From assembly GCA_032718475.1 (NCBI GenBank), contig JAUCBJ010006096.1:1-64000 (forward strand): a DNA stretch of 64,000 nt, in the 5' to 3' direction. Of this stretch, positions 13,054 through 26,072 are shown one piece after another. The translations under genes were made by a program, and so were the position numbers. The stretch is from Nemertoderma westbladi (taxonomy: Eukaryota; Animalia; Xenacoelomorpha). Positions within the stretch are counted from its first letter, which is position 1; every line of letters starts with the position of its first letter. The notes under the pieces are model-generated. The model was not told where the DNA came from. It saw only the letters and a list, made by a program, of their open reading frames with translations, and did no database searches.

Positions 13054-14809
13054 ATGGAATCACAAAAAGATTCATTGACTAGAAATTGTATAAAAATCGA
13101 AGAATCCAACAACTATATACCCTTACCTATTATCACATCAATATTTACCTGTGGAGATATCGATTCTCACAAAAAACAAAATAAATCAGTTAAACCGGAG
13201 CCAATTACTACTGCGGCATTAAAATATGCGGAGAACGATGTTAGATCTTACAAACAGACAACGCATTTATTTGTTGATGATGGAACCGTTACGTCAAGGT
13301 TTGATGTGGGTCCGCGTTATAATAACAATGAGTTGGGAGACAGTAAGGTTCAATTGAATATTTCTGTGGGTGGAAATATTTCGACTAGATCGGAAGAGAC
13401 CATTGATAGATTATGCTTCGGACCTGTAAAGACAGAAATATCACAGAATACTTTCGATGCTAGTGAAACAAATTCTTCTTCTATTGTCGCTCCACAAACA
13501 ATGTTGTTCGGATCTGTATTGGAGACAGAAAAGTTTGAATTTATGGGGTCTAGTGATGCTGTAACTGATTATTCTACTGGGATGGATCCAGTTTGTAACG
13601 ATGATGGTACATCTGCTGTTCGCAAACTGAATTCTACCAATAACATTGAGATAACTAAGGCGAATACTGAGATATCTGGAAGTATGCCGGATTCTCCAAC
13701 TGATGTCGAGATATTTCCAGAATTTGTACCTGAGTGTACCAATGATATCGAGATATCTTCTGAAAATGTAACAGTTTGTACCAATATTAATGATCCTTCC
13801 ACTAATGTGTATGGTATACCATTAGCTCCACCGACGGATGTAACTATATCACCCCTCAGATTTAAATGTTGGTTCGATAAATGCCAGAAGATATACCAAG
13901 GTAAAACTCAGTTGTCCAGACATATAAGAACCACACCATAGGACTAAATGCCGCCACTGTGGCGAACAGTTTTCATGTAAAATCAATCTAAGAAAAACTG
14001 AAATCAAAAACCATATTTGTGTTGCTAAAAATGACATCCTGAAGTTTCAATGTTCTCTTTGTGATAAAACTTTTAATTCTTTGTTGCGCCAACGACGTCA
14101 CGAAATCATAGATCATAAAAAGATTGGATATCAGTGTCCAAAATGCGGAAAATCGTACAAAACAATTGATCAAAGGCGATATCATATCAGAGTTACGCAT
14201 GGTCAGGGGAAATATTTCTGTCCCCATTGTGATAAAACCTATAAATCAAAGATGGCCTTAGCAGACCATATAAAGGGGTTTCATGAGAATAACAAATACC
14301 AGTGTAAATCTTGTAATACGTTTTATACGGGTAGATATGGTTTGGAGGCCCACATTGATAAAGTACATCATAATCAGCGCTATCATTGTTCAAAGTGTGA
14401 AGCACACTTTCTCATCCGTCCTGCAGCCCTAACTACACATGTAGATAGTGTTCACGGGAATAAACGTTTTGATTGTGCTGAATGTGACAAGTCATACGCC
14501 TTCCAAAGTGGTCTTTCCTATCACATCCGAAGTGTCCATAAATCCGAGAAGTACATTTGCCCCGATTGTTCCAAGTCGTATGCGTTCCTTCCCGCTTTGG
14601 ACCACCATATGAAGACTATTCATTCATCTACACGATACAAATGCAACGAGTGCGAGGAACTATTTGTTGGGAAGAAGGGCCTTACTGATCATATAAACAA
14701 GAAACACAAGTTAAATAGATTTCACTGTCCTCAGTGTAGGAGATCCTATGTTACTAAAAGTAGTTTAGATAGTCACCTCAGGAACTTTGTTCATCGCAAA
14801 ACTTTGTAA
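13054..14809 (+). pseudogene. Intronless C2H2 zinc-finger array gene, copy 2, with the same +1 frameshift (~13933)
   Basis: Near-identical to copy 1 from 12991; 5 amino-acid differences in the N-terminal ORF; net +3 indels at ~14405-14422 (FSSVAAL becomes FLIRPAAL). Confidence 0.85.
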
Positions 14810-14829
14810 GTTATTGACTTTTGATGTAC

Positions 14830-16652
14830 CGGCATGTCTATTACACTACTAACTACATTAATACGACGGTATGTCTATTACACTACTAACTACATTAATA
14901 CGACGGTATGCTCCTATTACACTAATAACTACATTAATACGACGGTATGTCTATTACACTACTAACTACATTAATACGACGGTATGTCTATTACACTACT
15001 AACTACATTAATACGACGGTATGTCTATTACACTACTAACTACATTAATACGCCAGTATGTCTATTACACTACTAACTACATTAATACGACGGTATGTTT
15101 ATTACACTACTAACTACATTAATACGACGGTATGTCTATTACACTACTAACTACATTAATACGACGGTATGTCTATTACACTACTAACTACATTAATACG
15201 ACGGTATGTCTATTACACTACTAACTACATTAATACGACGGTATGTCTATTACACTACTAACTACATTAATACGACGGTATGTCTATTACACTACTAACT
15301 ACATTAATACGACGGTATGTCTATTACACTACTAACTACATTAATACGACGGTATGTCTATTACACTACTAACTACATTAATACGACGGTATGTCTATTA
15401 CACTACTAACTACATTAATACGACGGTATGTCTATTACACTACTAACTACATTAATACGACGGTATGTCTATTACACTACTAACTACATTAATACGACGG
15501 TATGTCTATTACACTACTAACTACATTAATACGACGGTATGTCTATTACACTACTAACTACATTAATACGACGGTATGTTTATTACACTACTAACTACAT
15601 TAATACGACGGTATGTCTATTACACTACTAACTACATTAATACGACGGTATGTCTATTACACTACTAACTACATTAATACGACGGTATGTCTATTACACT
15701 ACTAACTACATTAATACGACGGTATGTCTATTACACTACTAACTACATTAATACGACGGTATGTCTATTACACTACTAACTACATTAATACGACGGTATG
15801 TCTATTACACTACTAACTACATTAATACGACGGTATGTCTATTACACTACTAACTACATTAATACGACGGTATGTCTATTACACTACTAACTACATTAAT
15901 ACGACGGTATGTCTATTACACTACTAACTACATTAATACGACGGTATGTCTATTACACTACTAACTACATTAATACGACGGTATGTCTATTACACTACTA
16001 ACTACATTAATACGACGGTATGTCTATTACACTACTAACTACATTAATACGACGGTATGTCTATTACACTACTAACTACATTAATACGACGGTATGTCTA
16101 TTACACTACTAACTACATTAATACGACGGTATGTCTATTACACTACTAACTACATTAATACGACGGTATGTCTATTACACTACTAACTACATTAATACGA
16201 CGGTATGTCTATTACACTACTAACTACATTAATACGACGGTATGTCTATTACACTACTAACTACATTAATACGACGGTATGTCTATTACACTACTAACTA
16301 CATTAATACGACGGTATGTCTATTACACTACTAACTACATTAATACGACGGTATGTCTATTACACTACTAACTACATTAATACGACGGTATGTCTATTAC
16401 ACTACTAACTACATTAATACGACGGTATGTCTATTACACTACTAACTACATTAATACGACGGTATGTCTATTACACTACTAACTACATTAATACGACGGT
16501 ATGTCTATTACACTACTAACTACATTAATACGACGGTATGTCTATTACACTACTAACTACATTAATACGACGGTATGTCTATTACACTACTAACTACATT
16601 AATACGACGGTATGTCTATTACACTACTAACTACATTAATACGACGGTATGT
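14830..16652 (+). repeat. 37-bp tandem satellite, second array, ~49 units
   Basis: Same unit as 7104-10655 and same position ~20 bp after the ZnF stop; followed by TACGCCAG at 16653-16660. Confidence 0.97.
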
Positions 16653-16677
16653 TACGCCAGTTGATAATTAGCCAGAC

Positions 16678-17100
16678 TAGAGCCAGAGCGCTCTATATAA
16701 TTACCCAGAGCCAGAGCGCTCTATATAATTACCTAGAGCCAGAGCGCTCTATGTAATTACCTAGAGCCAGAGCGCTCTATATAATTACCTAGAGCTAGAG
16801 CGCTCTATGTAATTACCTAGAGCCAGAGCGCTCTATGTAATTACCTAGAGCCAGAGCGCTCTATATAATTACCTAGAGCCAGAGCGCTCTATATAATTAC
16901 CTAGAAGAGCCAGAGCGCTCTATATAATTACCCAGAGCCAGAGCGCTCTATATAATTACCTAGAGCCAGAGCGCTCTATATAATTACCTAGAAGAGCCAG
17001 AGCGCTCTATATAATTACCTAGAGCCAGAGCGCTCTATATAATTACCTAGAGCCAGAGCGCTCTATATAATTATCTAGAGCCAGAGCGCTCTATATAATT
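16678..17100. repeat. 28-bp minisatellite (~15 units) AGAGCCAGAGCGCTCTATATAATTACCT
   Basis: Visible tandem units containing the palindrome AGAGCGCTCT. Confidence 0.93.
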
Positions 17101-18738
17101 CTCGATTTGATTGGTTGGACTGATTTGGAGGGAAGTTCAAATGCATGTGAGGTAATGGTTTGGGGTTGTACCGGTACTCTAATTAATTATAAATATGTTA
17201 CCGGTCTGCCGGTGTAAAAAAGGGCGAGATCATAATTTTGAAAAATCAGTCCAACCAATGATATCATACATTAGTATTGGTTTTGTTTTATATGTTTTAT
17301 GGTCTATAAGGTCTATTATATTTAAGGTCTATTCTGGTTATAGGTCTATGTTTTATTATGTTTTATAAACATGTATATTTTGTTATGAATATGTATATTT
17401 TGTATGTTATGTTATATTACTATATGTTAAATTCAATGTCTTTATATAGTTAGAAAAAAAGAAAAAGGTTGGTTCTGAAATTATTGTGTAATATGTTTAG
17501 GTATGGTTTGCAGATTGTATCTTATAGACACTCTTAATTAATTAACATAAATGTGATATATATATTTATATTATATTTTATTATATATAGGCCCATAGCA
17601 AAAGTAAAAATAATTAATTGTGAAACAATCTCCGTATCAAATTTCATGCAATCTCATTAAGATTTGTAGAAAGTTTTGGGAGAGGGGGTGGGGGCGGTCG
17701 TGTCATTAAATTACGACACTATATTCCGGGATATGGTGTACAGTACAGTAAGATCCTTAATCAACATTATCCAAAAATGCGTAAGTTTTTTTTACGTAAC
17801 TTTGCCCACCACGCCGCCGGGGGGGGGGGGGGGGGGGGGGGGTAGCGCTACTTCAATAATTTTGCAAAAAAAAAATTTATTTCATCTAGAGCAGAATTTT
17901 ATAAAGATTCCAAATTTGAAAACCGTTTAGCAAGATCTGTCCTGACCTCTCGAGATATGGCTGTCTGTCCGTTTTACTGTCCGTTTGTCCGTCAGTATAT
18001 CTGTCTGTCAATAAAGAACATACTATCTGATTAAAAAATTCCCTGTATTGGTTTTGGTGGTCAGTGACTTGATTTCTGATGTCATTAATCAAAGTTGGCC
18101 TTGCCGGTTCTGTCTGTATGCCTGTCAGTTTGTCGGTCAAAATATAACCGACAGTCTGACAGCCAAACAGACAATTTGAAAATCATCAAAATGATAAAAT
18201 TGACACTCGAAATTCATTCTGCGACCAGTAAACTCCTATAGCTAAACTTTTAGCCCAATGCTGCGCCTTTTTCTTATATTTGACAGACTGATAAGTCGTA
18301 TAATCAGAAAGACCGACAGACAGACAAACTAGATTTCATTAAAATTGAAAAATGACCTCAGAAATGAATCCAGCGACCAGGAAAACCCCATAGCAAAATT
18401 CTTAGCAGGCTCATTCAATGCAAATGTCAACCGCAGTGCCAATTTTGAAAAAAAGTGAATTATTGCTTCTCATATAAATTTTCAGAACCAATATACAGTA
18501 TGATGCGGTTTACGAATTTAATACAAAAAACCGCATCAAAATTGGGTAATCTTCTGAAATCTGGTCTTATTCGCCCTTACCTCTCAAACTGCAAAAATAC
18601 AGTTAACTGAGTGCATAATACAGTATGACAACCGCGTTTTATGAGTATTTTTAGGTAGAAGGCAACGTAATAGAGTACTTTTAGAAGCAAAACAATAATA
18701 TTTTCTAATGAAATCATTTGCTGTCAAATAAAACACGT

Positions 18739-19072
18739 TCGTGGGTCCTTCGCGCAGCACGAAGTGAGCAAAGCCTTTAGCATATGGTCACCATTAACGA
18801 GTTGTCTGCCGTTAGTCAGAAGTCTTCAACACAATACTCGACCTATTCTTGTGCCGCGTTGCGTTCGTTCGTTTTTGACCAAACTTCAGATTCTTTCTAA
18901 ACTTTTGACGGACTACATACATACCAAGTTTCGTTTAATTTCATCAAGGAATAACCGAGTTATTAGCGATCAAAAATTTACGACGACAGACGACGACGAC
19001 AGACGACGACAGTCAACTCGCCAATGGTATCCATATGCTAAGGCTTCGCTCACTTCGTGGCTCGTCCCACAA
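18739..19072. mobile_element. Short inverted-repeat element with GAC microsatellite (MITE or Helentron/DINE-1-like)
   Basis: CGAAGTGAGCAAAGCCTTTAGCATATGG (18760) is inverted to CCATATGCTAAGGCTTCGCTCACTTCG (19031); (GACGAC)n before the right arm; related right end at ~27140-27262. Confidence 0.55.
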
Positions 19073-19117
19073 CGTTGTGTCAAAAAATTCAGTGCACATA
19101 ATCTGTTTACATCATAA

Positions 19118-20316
19118 TGTCCCGCACTTTACGATGAACACCATATTTTGTTTGTACAGGATAGACATATTATAGTAGAATGATGTTATGTCGTTTGTAA
19201 AGCACAAATATATGTATCTTTAATCTGGAGTACTTAGTTTGTTTGTGGTGTTTCGTGTTATGTTGTAAACAGGTGTCCCGCACTTTACGTAAAGTGCGGG
19301 ACAAAAAGTAGAAAAATATCAAAGGAAGTAGAGTAAGCGTGTACAACTTAGATGGAAGAACTTCAACTGGAATAATCATAACTGACATAATAACTTCATA
19401 TCAATATCTGATATTAAGACACTATGAAAAAATGCATGAAAATCACATATATTTCAGTAAATATCCTGAAAATTTAAATTCCTATTTTTATTAGTATATT
19501 TATACTCTGAATAATATTTTGTAGCCTGCCATTAACCTCTTCCTGGCTGGAGCGTACTGCAAAGCTCCCATATGCCAAGGCCTACAGCCGTATTTGGTAC
19601 GCAAGGCCTACAGCCGTATTTGGTACGCTAGGCCTACAGCCGTATTTGGTACGCTAGGCCTACTATTTATTAACGGTTTTATGGGTGCACTACAGTTCCA
19701 AGTCTAATCTGGCTATCTAATCTGTATTACATTAGGCCTACAGCGCACTTAAATGGTAATTTTACATAAGCCTAAAATAATATTGAATTGTCTGGAGGTA
19801 ATAATACATCAAGTAGGAGCCACGCTGTACTAGGGCATAGGCTAAGGCTATACAAACAAATGATACAAACAAATTCGTCATGCCTACTCTTCTGTTGTAC
19901 TTACAGTACAGTATTATGCACTATACTTTACATGACTTTGCTGCACTTAAACTACTCCCCTGATTCATTGATGTTACCTACCAGCTTACTAAAGGCTAAT
20001 TTATTTTCCCTACATATATCTAGGAAGATCATGAAACAAAAGCTTTCCCACTAACTTTACTCAATTCGATGAACTTTAGCAATGAAGTTGACAGTTGAGA
20101 ATTTCACTTTCGTACGCGTCCCGCACTTTACAATTTTTTGAAGCAATAATTGTGAGACATAAACTGTTTTGCAAACTGTTTTTTTTACTGAACCGATAAT
20201 TGGTTTTTCTAAGAAACATAAGCATTATAATATTTTAGTTCATTTTCTTGATGTACAGTACTAAAGTATGCACAAAAAGTCGTACGAATGTCCCACACTT
20301 TACATGGAATGAGTCA
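19118..20316. mobile_element. Unclassified non-autonomous DNA element with TGTCCCGCACTTTAC motifs
   Basis: Motif at 19118, 19274-19303 (perfect 30-bp palindrome), ~20117 and ~20289; left end not identified. Confidence 0.45.
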
Positions 20317-22176
20317 GCATGGTTTTATGCTTTCTTGTTGATAGATATATATAGACAGACTTTCTCACATTAACAGACAATTTTTGCGCGGGGAGGTTCA
20401 AATTTTAAACGCAATTATCTCGGAATGGTATTTTTTCATTTCAACGAATTTTAAAATGCTACTCCTCTGCCAATTTTTAATATTTTTTCATGAAATTTCG
20501 ACAGAGTAACAACATGCCTCAGGCATGTTGTTCAAAGGTATCTTCAAAAGTATTGGTAAGAATTTTAAAATTTGATCCTAACTAATTTTATTGGCTTCGA
20601 AATGTGAAAATGCTAATTTTTTTTTTAAAAATAGGAAAATAATTAATTAATTTGATAATAAAATTGGAAATAATCAATATGAAAAAATGTTGACCATTAC
20701 TGTACGCGCTTTTATAGACCTTCAGCAATTCCCCCCCCCCCCCCCCCCCCCCCCTCCCCACTTACTTTGATCTCTCTCTGCCATTTCGCAAAAGCTTTTA
20801 CAAATACAGTGACGTTTCTTAATAGGCCTACAGTATATAAGGTTAATTAAATATAATGTTTACTATCCTTTTTTTTTAGATAATATCAATTCAGTTTTTC
20901 CCTTTTTTTGAACCGTATCCGATCCTTTTTGTCCTTTTTTTGAACTGCATCCTATCCTTTTTTTATCGATTTTTTGGCTGGGAGGGCTGATAAGGTAAGT
21001 TTTAATATTTCTTACAAATTGGGTCGCCTCCACGCCAAAAATATTTAACTCATTACTTTATGTATATTGATTTCTTTGTTGTTTAAATAAATAAATAAAA
21101 TAATATGCGATCTTTTACTATTTCTGCTAGAAATTGTTGCTGTTTGTAAATTTGTGAATCGCTTCCAGTTATACTTTGTGTTATATTAAAAATATTTTTA
21201 AAACACAAATTGCCTGTTAATACCTGCCTTTCATCAATCCTCTGTGCGCCTTTGGGTGGAGGTGGTGCAGATTATTATGCAGGTTGAAGGGGAAGGGGGG
21301 GGGGGGGGGGTGGGAGACTTCTTATAATATACCTACAGTGATGTAGGACAAATAAATAGGAATGGCACATTGCACAAACTTTAAACTAAAGAGTGCAAGT
21401 TGCTATCCAACAAGGTAGATATAAGTCTGTCTGTATTCGTGTTCTAAATCGTTAGATGATATAAAATAGAATAGTGACATAGTCTGGTAAGTTATAAATA
21501 ATAATATATAATATTGGCTCTGTTACAAACAAAATTACTTGCATTTATAGCAACACTATATTAATAATCTTTGGAGTTTTCATTATTAAATTAAATTTGA
21601 ATTAATTGAGTTATCTTGAATATATTAGGATATATAATGAAGATCAAATTACAAGTTTTTTTTCAAATTTAAATTTTATTCCAAGCAATAAAATATCAGA
21701 TCGACCTGCATGACGCTGTCCCTTCAATATTACTACAGTGCGCGTTACAAAAATGGCAACACACCAACTGCTACTGTATAAAACCCAGCATTGTTCCTAT
21801 ACTACATGTAAGATAAATAAATAGTTCCGGTGTGCACATCTTCTAAATAGAAAAGTGCATGTTGAACTCGTCCCATACCGATTAAACCATTGAATGAGTC
21901 AGTGTATCTGATCGTTGGTTGGATATAATATAGAATAGCGAAGTATTCTGGTTGGTAAGTTTTAAATAATATTACATATATTGGATTACGTTTACACTAT
22001 AATTGCTTGAGATACACGAACACTACACTGATATTTATAGTTTTCATTATTAAATTAGTTTGGAATTAATTAATTTATCGTGAATACATTATGATTTATA
22101 ATAAAGAATAAAGTCAAAGTTAATATTGACATATCGTACCCAAAGTGTACTATACTACCTGAGATCAGTCTGGTTT

Positions 22177-24350
22177 ACTACTACTACTAGGATCGGCATG
22201 CTGCATTGCAGCTGCATTTTTAAGAATGCTGTGCCGGCTTATCGACAAAATTGCACCGCCACAACTCCCTATCACCCATGACATTTGCTAGATCATCCGC
22301 ATCTTCAAGGCCAGTGTCCTTTAAGATGCGTCTCAAGAAAGTCATGGGCTGTCCACCATGCTTATTCACTCCATGAGGCTGTCAAAGTACAAGATTATGC
22401 ACTGGCTGGTCCTCACGGCGAAAGCAATGTCCTGCAAAGCGGAGGCGATTTTGTTCTAGTGTCAAGCTTGGGGGAACCAATGAGACACCTCCAATGTTAT
22501 ATAGTGTCTGGTTGGAGATGTGTGCATTGTACTTGATACACTGAACCCGGCGTAGCATTCTTGTGAATGTGCCATCCAGAGATTTGGTGTCCTCAGCAGT
22601 TAGAGCCCAGCATGGACTCCCGTAGAGGAGTACTGGAACTACTACTGCTCTAAATAATCGGACCTTAAGTTTCCGATTAATTCTCGGTGACTTCCAAATC
22701 CTGGAAAGCCTAGTCAAGGCTGCTCATGCCTTTCCCTTACGTATTCGAAGGTCCTCGCCTGACTTCCGGATCCATGATCCCAGGTAACAGAAGTCGTCCA
22801 CATGCTCAAGCATACCATCCTTTGAGCTTATGCTCATCCGATCAGAGACTTGCTGAGGACTTTCAAAGTTAACTGTCAAAATTTTGGTCTTTCTGGAGTT
22901 AATAAAAAGACCAACACTAGAAGCAGCATGTTCTAATGAGCTGAGGAGCCGTTGGGCTCCCTCTAATGATTCTGAAAGTACTCCTAAGTCATCAGCAAAG
23001 TCTAGATCAGTTAGGTACTTGGCAGGATTTCCTCGACTTCTGGAGCCAGTAGGTGGAGTTATCATCACCCCATCATCATTATGATGATCTAAGGACATGC
23101 GTAGAACATAGTCAACCACAATAATGAACAAGAATGGTGCAAGTGTGTCTCCTTGGAGGACGCCCCATAACACTTCAAATGGTTCTGTGTCACCGTCAAT
23201 AGTAGACACAAATGTTGTCGAACCATCGTATACTGATCTGATTGCTGCAATAATTTCATTAGGAATCCCATATAATGAAAGTATGCTGAACATACGTGAG
23301 CGAGAGACTGAATCAAAGGCCTTGAAGAAGTCAACAAAGATAACAGCCAGATGCCTGTCTTTCTTTTTTGATAATTCTTCAATTATCCTTCTAAGTGCCA
23401 AAATGGGCTCCATGGTCCCACGACCTTTACGGAACCCATTCTGATTTCCACGGAGCAGTCTCTCAATGGGATCCCTGATGCGATTTAATAGAATCCTATT
23501 GTATAGCGTTGCTGCAATCGAGATCAATGAGATTCCCCGAAAAGAACCATAGAGTGTTAGGTTGCCCTTCTTGGGAACTGGCACCAACTTATTTGTTTTC
23601 ATTTCTTGTGGGACTCTTGTTGTTCGGTACATGTCTACTATGATGGGATAGATGAGCTTTAAACACTCAGGTATTTTAAAGACCTCAGGGGGAACACCAT
23701 CTACTCCACTGGCACGATTGGTCTTAATGCACTTTGCAGGAGATATCGCCAATGGGAATATCTGGGAGTACAGACTCAGACACTTTTACTTCTATAAAGT
23801 TATCAGGCAATACCCTGTCATTATTGAGGAGCTTTTCAAAGTGGGCTTTCCAACCATTGAGGCGATCGGCTGGTGATTCAGCCTTAACCTTGGTGGTTGG
23901 TTGGCTTTTCCACCCAGTAAGCACATTGGTCGATTTCCATGCCTGGGATGATTGCCTGCTGTCGTCAGCACCATTGATGGGATGGCATCAACCTGTTGGT
24001 TTATTAGCTCCTGTAGATTAACAGAGTACTGCCTGTTCAGGGACCTAGATGCAGCCTTAACTGCATTCTTGGCCGCTGTAGTCTGTTTGAGTCGGGACTC
24101 TTTCTGCGCGTTATGAAGATCATTTCGGCACTTCTGAATTTTGTTGTCAGTCCAGGGGGCCCTTTTCCAGTTTCGAGGGTATACAGGAACTGTTTCTGCA
24201 GCTGCTAACTTAACTGCTTCTGTAAAGGCAGTATAGCCCTCACAGTGATCTGCCGCCTCAGAGGCAAGAGCCTCATACCTGTTGCTCAGCTGTAGTGTGA
24301 AGCTGGATCTCACACAGTCTGGTTTAATCTGCAGTGTAGATAGAGTGTGC
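22177..24350 (-). mobile_element. 5'-truncated, decayed non-LTR retrotransposon (RTE-like LINE), reverse transcriptase region
   Basis: ORF 22724-23752 has NQNGFRKGR, FVDFFKAFDSV, GVLQGDTLAPFLF, DFADDL, FCYLGS; continues past an in-frame TGA into 22382-22717 (RLRFAGHCFR); upstream frameshifted pieces; (TAG)n 3' tail at ~22177-22190. Confidence 0.92.
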
Positions 24351-24467
24351 AGTAGCTTCGTTGTTTTTGGGTATTGGATATGAATCAGCGATATAAGGGA
24401 AGGAATAATTGATAATAACAACATTGTACAACACCGCACACTGACAAAACGTAGCTGGCCATACACC

Positions 24468-25718
24468 GGATGTAGGACAATTCGGTCCCGGACAATTCGG
24501 CACGGACAATTCGGCACGGACATTTCTGTCCCAAAACAGCAAATAAATGGGACCGAATTGTCCGGGACAGAATTGTCCGGGACCGAAATGTCCGGGAACG
24601 AATTGTAAACTTTTTATCGTTTAAGGCCTGTTTACACGTGGCAACTTTTAGAGCAACTTTCTTGGCAACTACTGTAGCAACTTTTTTTGGAGCAACTTGG
24701 CTAGTTTGACTGTAAAATAGTGGGTAATTTTATCTACTAGCTAGTTTTTGATAATTTAATTTGATTATCCCGCTTTAATTCGCCAACGCAAATTCCTTCA
24801 AGTTGCCGTAAAAGTTGGGCAACTTTTACTGCAACTTTTTTACGTGTTTACACGGAGCAACTTGATCGGCAACCTGGGTTGCTCTACAAGTTGCCGAGAA
24901 AGTTGCTCTAAAAGTTGCCATACGGGGATAGTAATACAGTACATAGCTATACATAGATACACATAGCTAGTATTTTTTTTGAAATTATAAAAACATTGAT
25001 ATTTCAGAATTAGGCCTAAACTGTTACATAATATATCAATTACCAAAAATATTGATGATATTATAACAATTTAAGCTGAACATCGTGTGGCGGTACAGTT
25101 ATTATAATCTAAATTCAGCAACTACTGTAGTGTCTCTGAATGAGATCCTGCTATTGTATAGGATAATAATAATTTAGGCTTGTTAACCAATACAAACGCA
25201 ACACAAACGTAATTAATACATACGCAACATATTAAAAAATTTGTTTTATGCAAATACAATATACTAATAAATAAAATATATAAAATATAAAATAAATACA
25301 ATATGCTATATCTAGCTACAGTAGTAAATAATTCACAAGCTCCATAAAAACACCATATTATAGCTAACTGTACCATAACTAAAAATGTAAACAAAAAAAT
25401 AAACTTTTTTAATTTCAACAAAATACTAGCTAGTAAAAAAACACTAGCCTCACCATAAAAAATATCCATTAAGGTTCTAGAACATTCACCATTATATAGT
25501 ACCAATTAAATTTTGTCCCGGTCAATTTGCTCCCATTAATTAGGTTTGTTTTGAGTTTGTTTTTGGAATTCGGTCCCAAAACAAAAATATAATGGGACCG
25601 AATTGTCCGGGACCGAATTGTCTGGGACCGAATGTCTGGGACCGAATTGTCTGGGACCGAATTGTCTGGGACCGAATTGACTGGACCGAATTGTCCGGGA
25701 CCTAATTGTCCTGCATCC
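24468..25718. mobile_element. Non-autonomous Mutator/MULE-like foldback element
   Basis: TIRs GGATGTAGGACAATTCGGTCCCGG / CCGGGACCTAATTGTCCTGCATCC built from 15-bp GGACAATTCGGTCCC repeats; perfect 9-bp TSD CCATACACC (24459-24467, 25719-25727). Confidence 0.85.
24625..24924. mobile_element. Palindromic PIF/Harbinger-like MITE nested in the MULE-like element
   Basis: Starts GGCCTGTTTACACG after TAA; arms TGGCAACTTTTAGAGCAACTTTC / GAAAGTTGCTCTAAAAGTTGCCA; right terminus damaged. Confidence 0.55.
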
Positions 25719-26072
25719 CCATACACCATATCCCGGATTATAGCGTCTTTCCTACATGCCCACCACCCCCCCCCCCCCCCCCCCATAATTTTCTACTAAT
25801 CCTAATGAGATGATTGCCTGAAATTTGCAAGAGAGATAGTTTCACTTCCCGACAGTTAGAAGGTGAGCAGAAATTTTTTTTATTTTCGCTTTCATTCTTT
25901 ATCTACCAACGCATAATATAAAATATGGGATCATCGTGATATATACATAAAAAATGGCAATATAAAATGATATACACCAACACAAACGTCTACTAATTAT
26001 TCAAATTCAGATTATAGTATGAATAATTATAGTATCCGATACCTATAGAATATCAATTCAACCTCACTATTC

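Noticed and set aside
7104-16652. CRISPR array (37-bp repeat length is CRISPR-like)
   Set aside because: Units are head-to-tail with no unique spacers, there are no cas genes, and the context is eukaryotic.
1663-17100. Hammerhead ribozyme/retrozyme in the satellite units
   Set aside because: No CTGATGA...GAAA core on either strand of the 44-, 37- or 28-bp units.
21445-22125. Diverged ~200-bp direct repeats (~21450 and ~21910) as LTRs
   Set aside because: No TG...CA ends, PBS or PPT; looks like an old local duplication.
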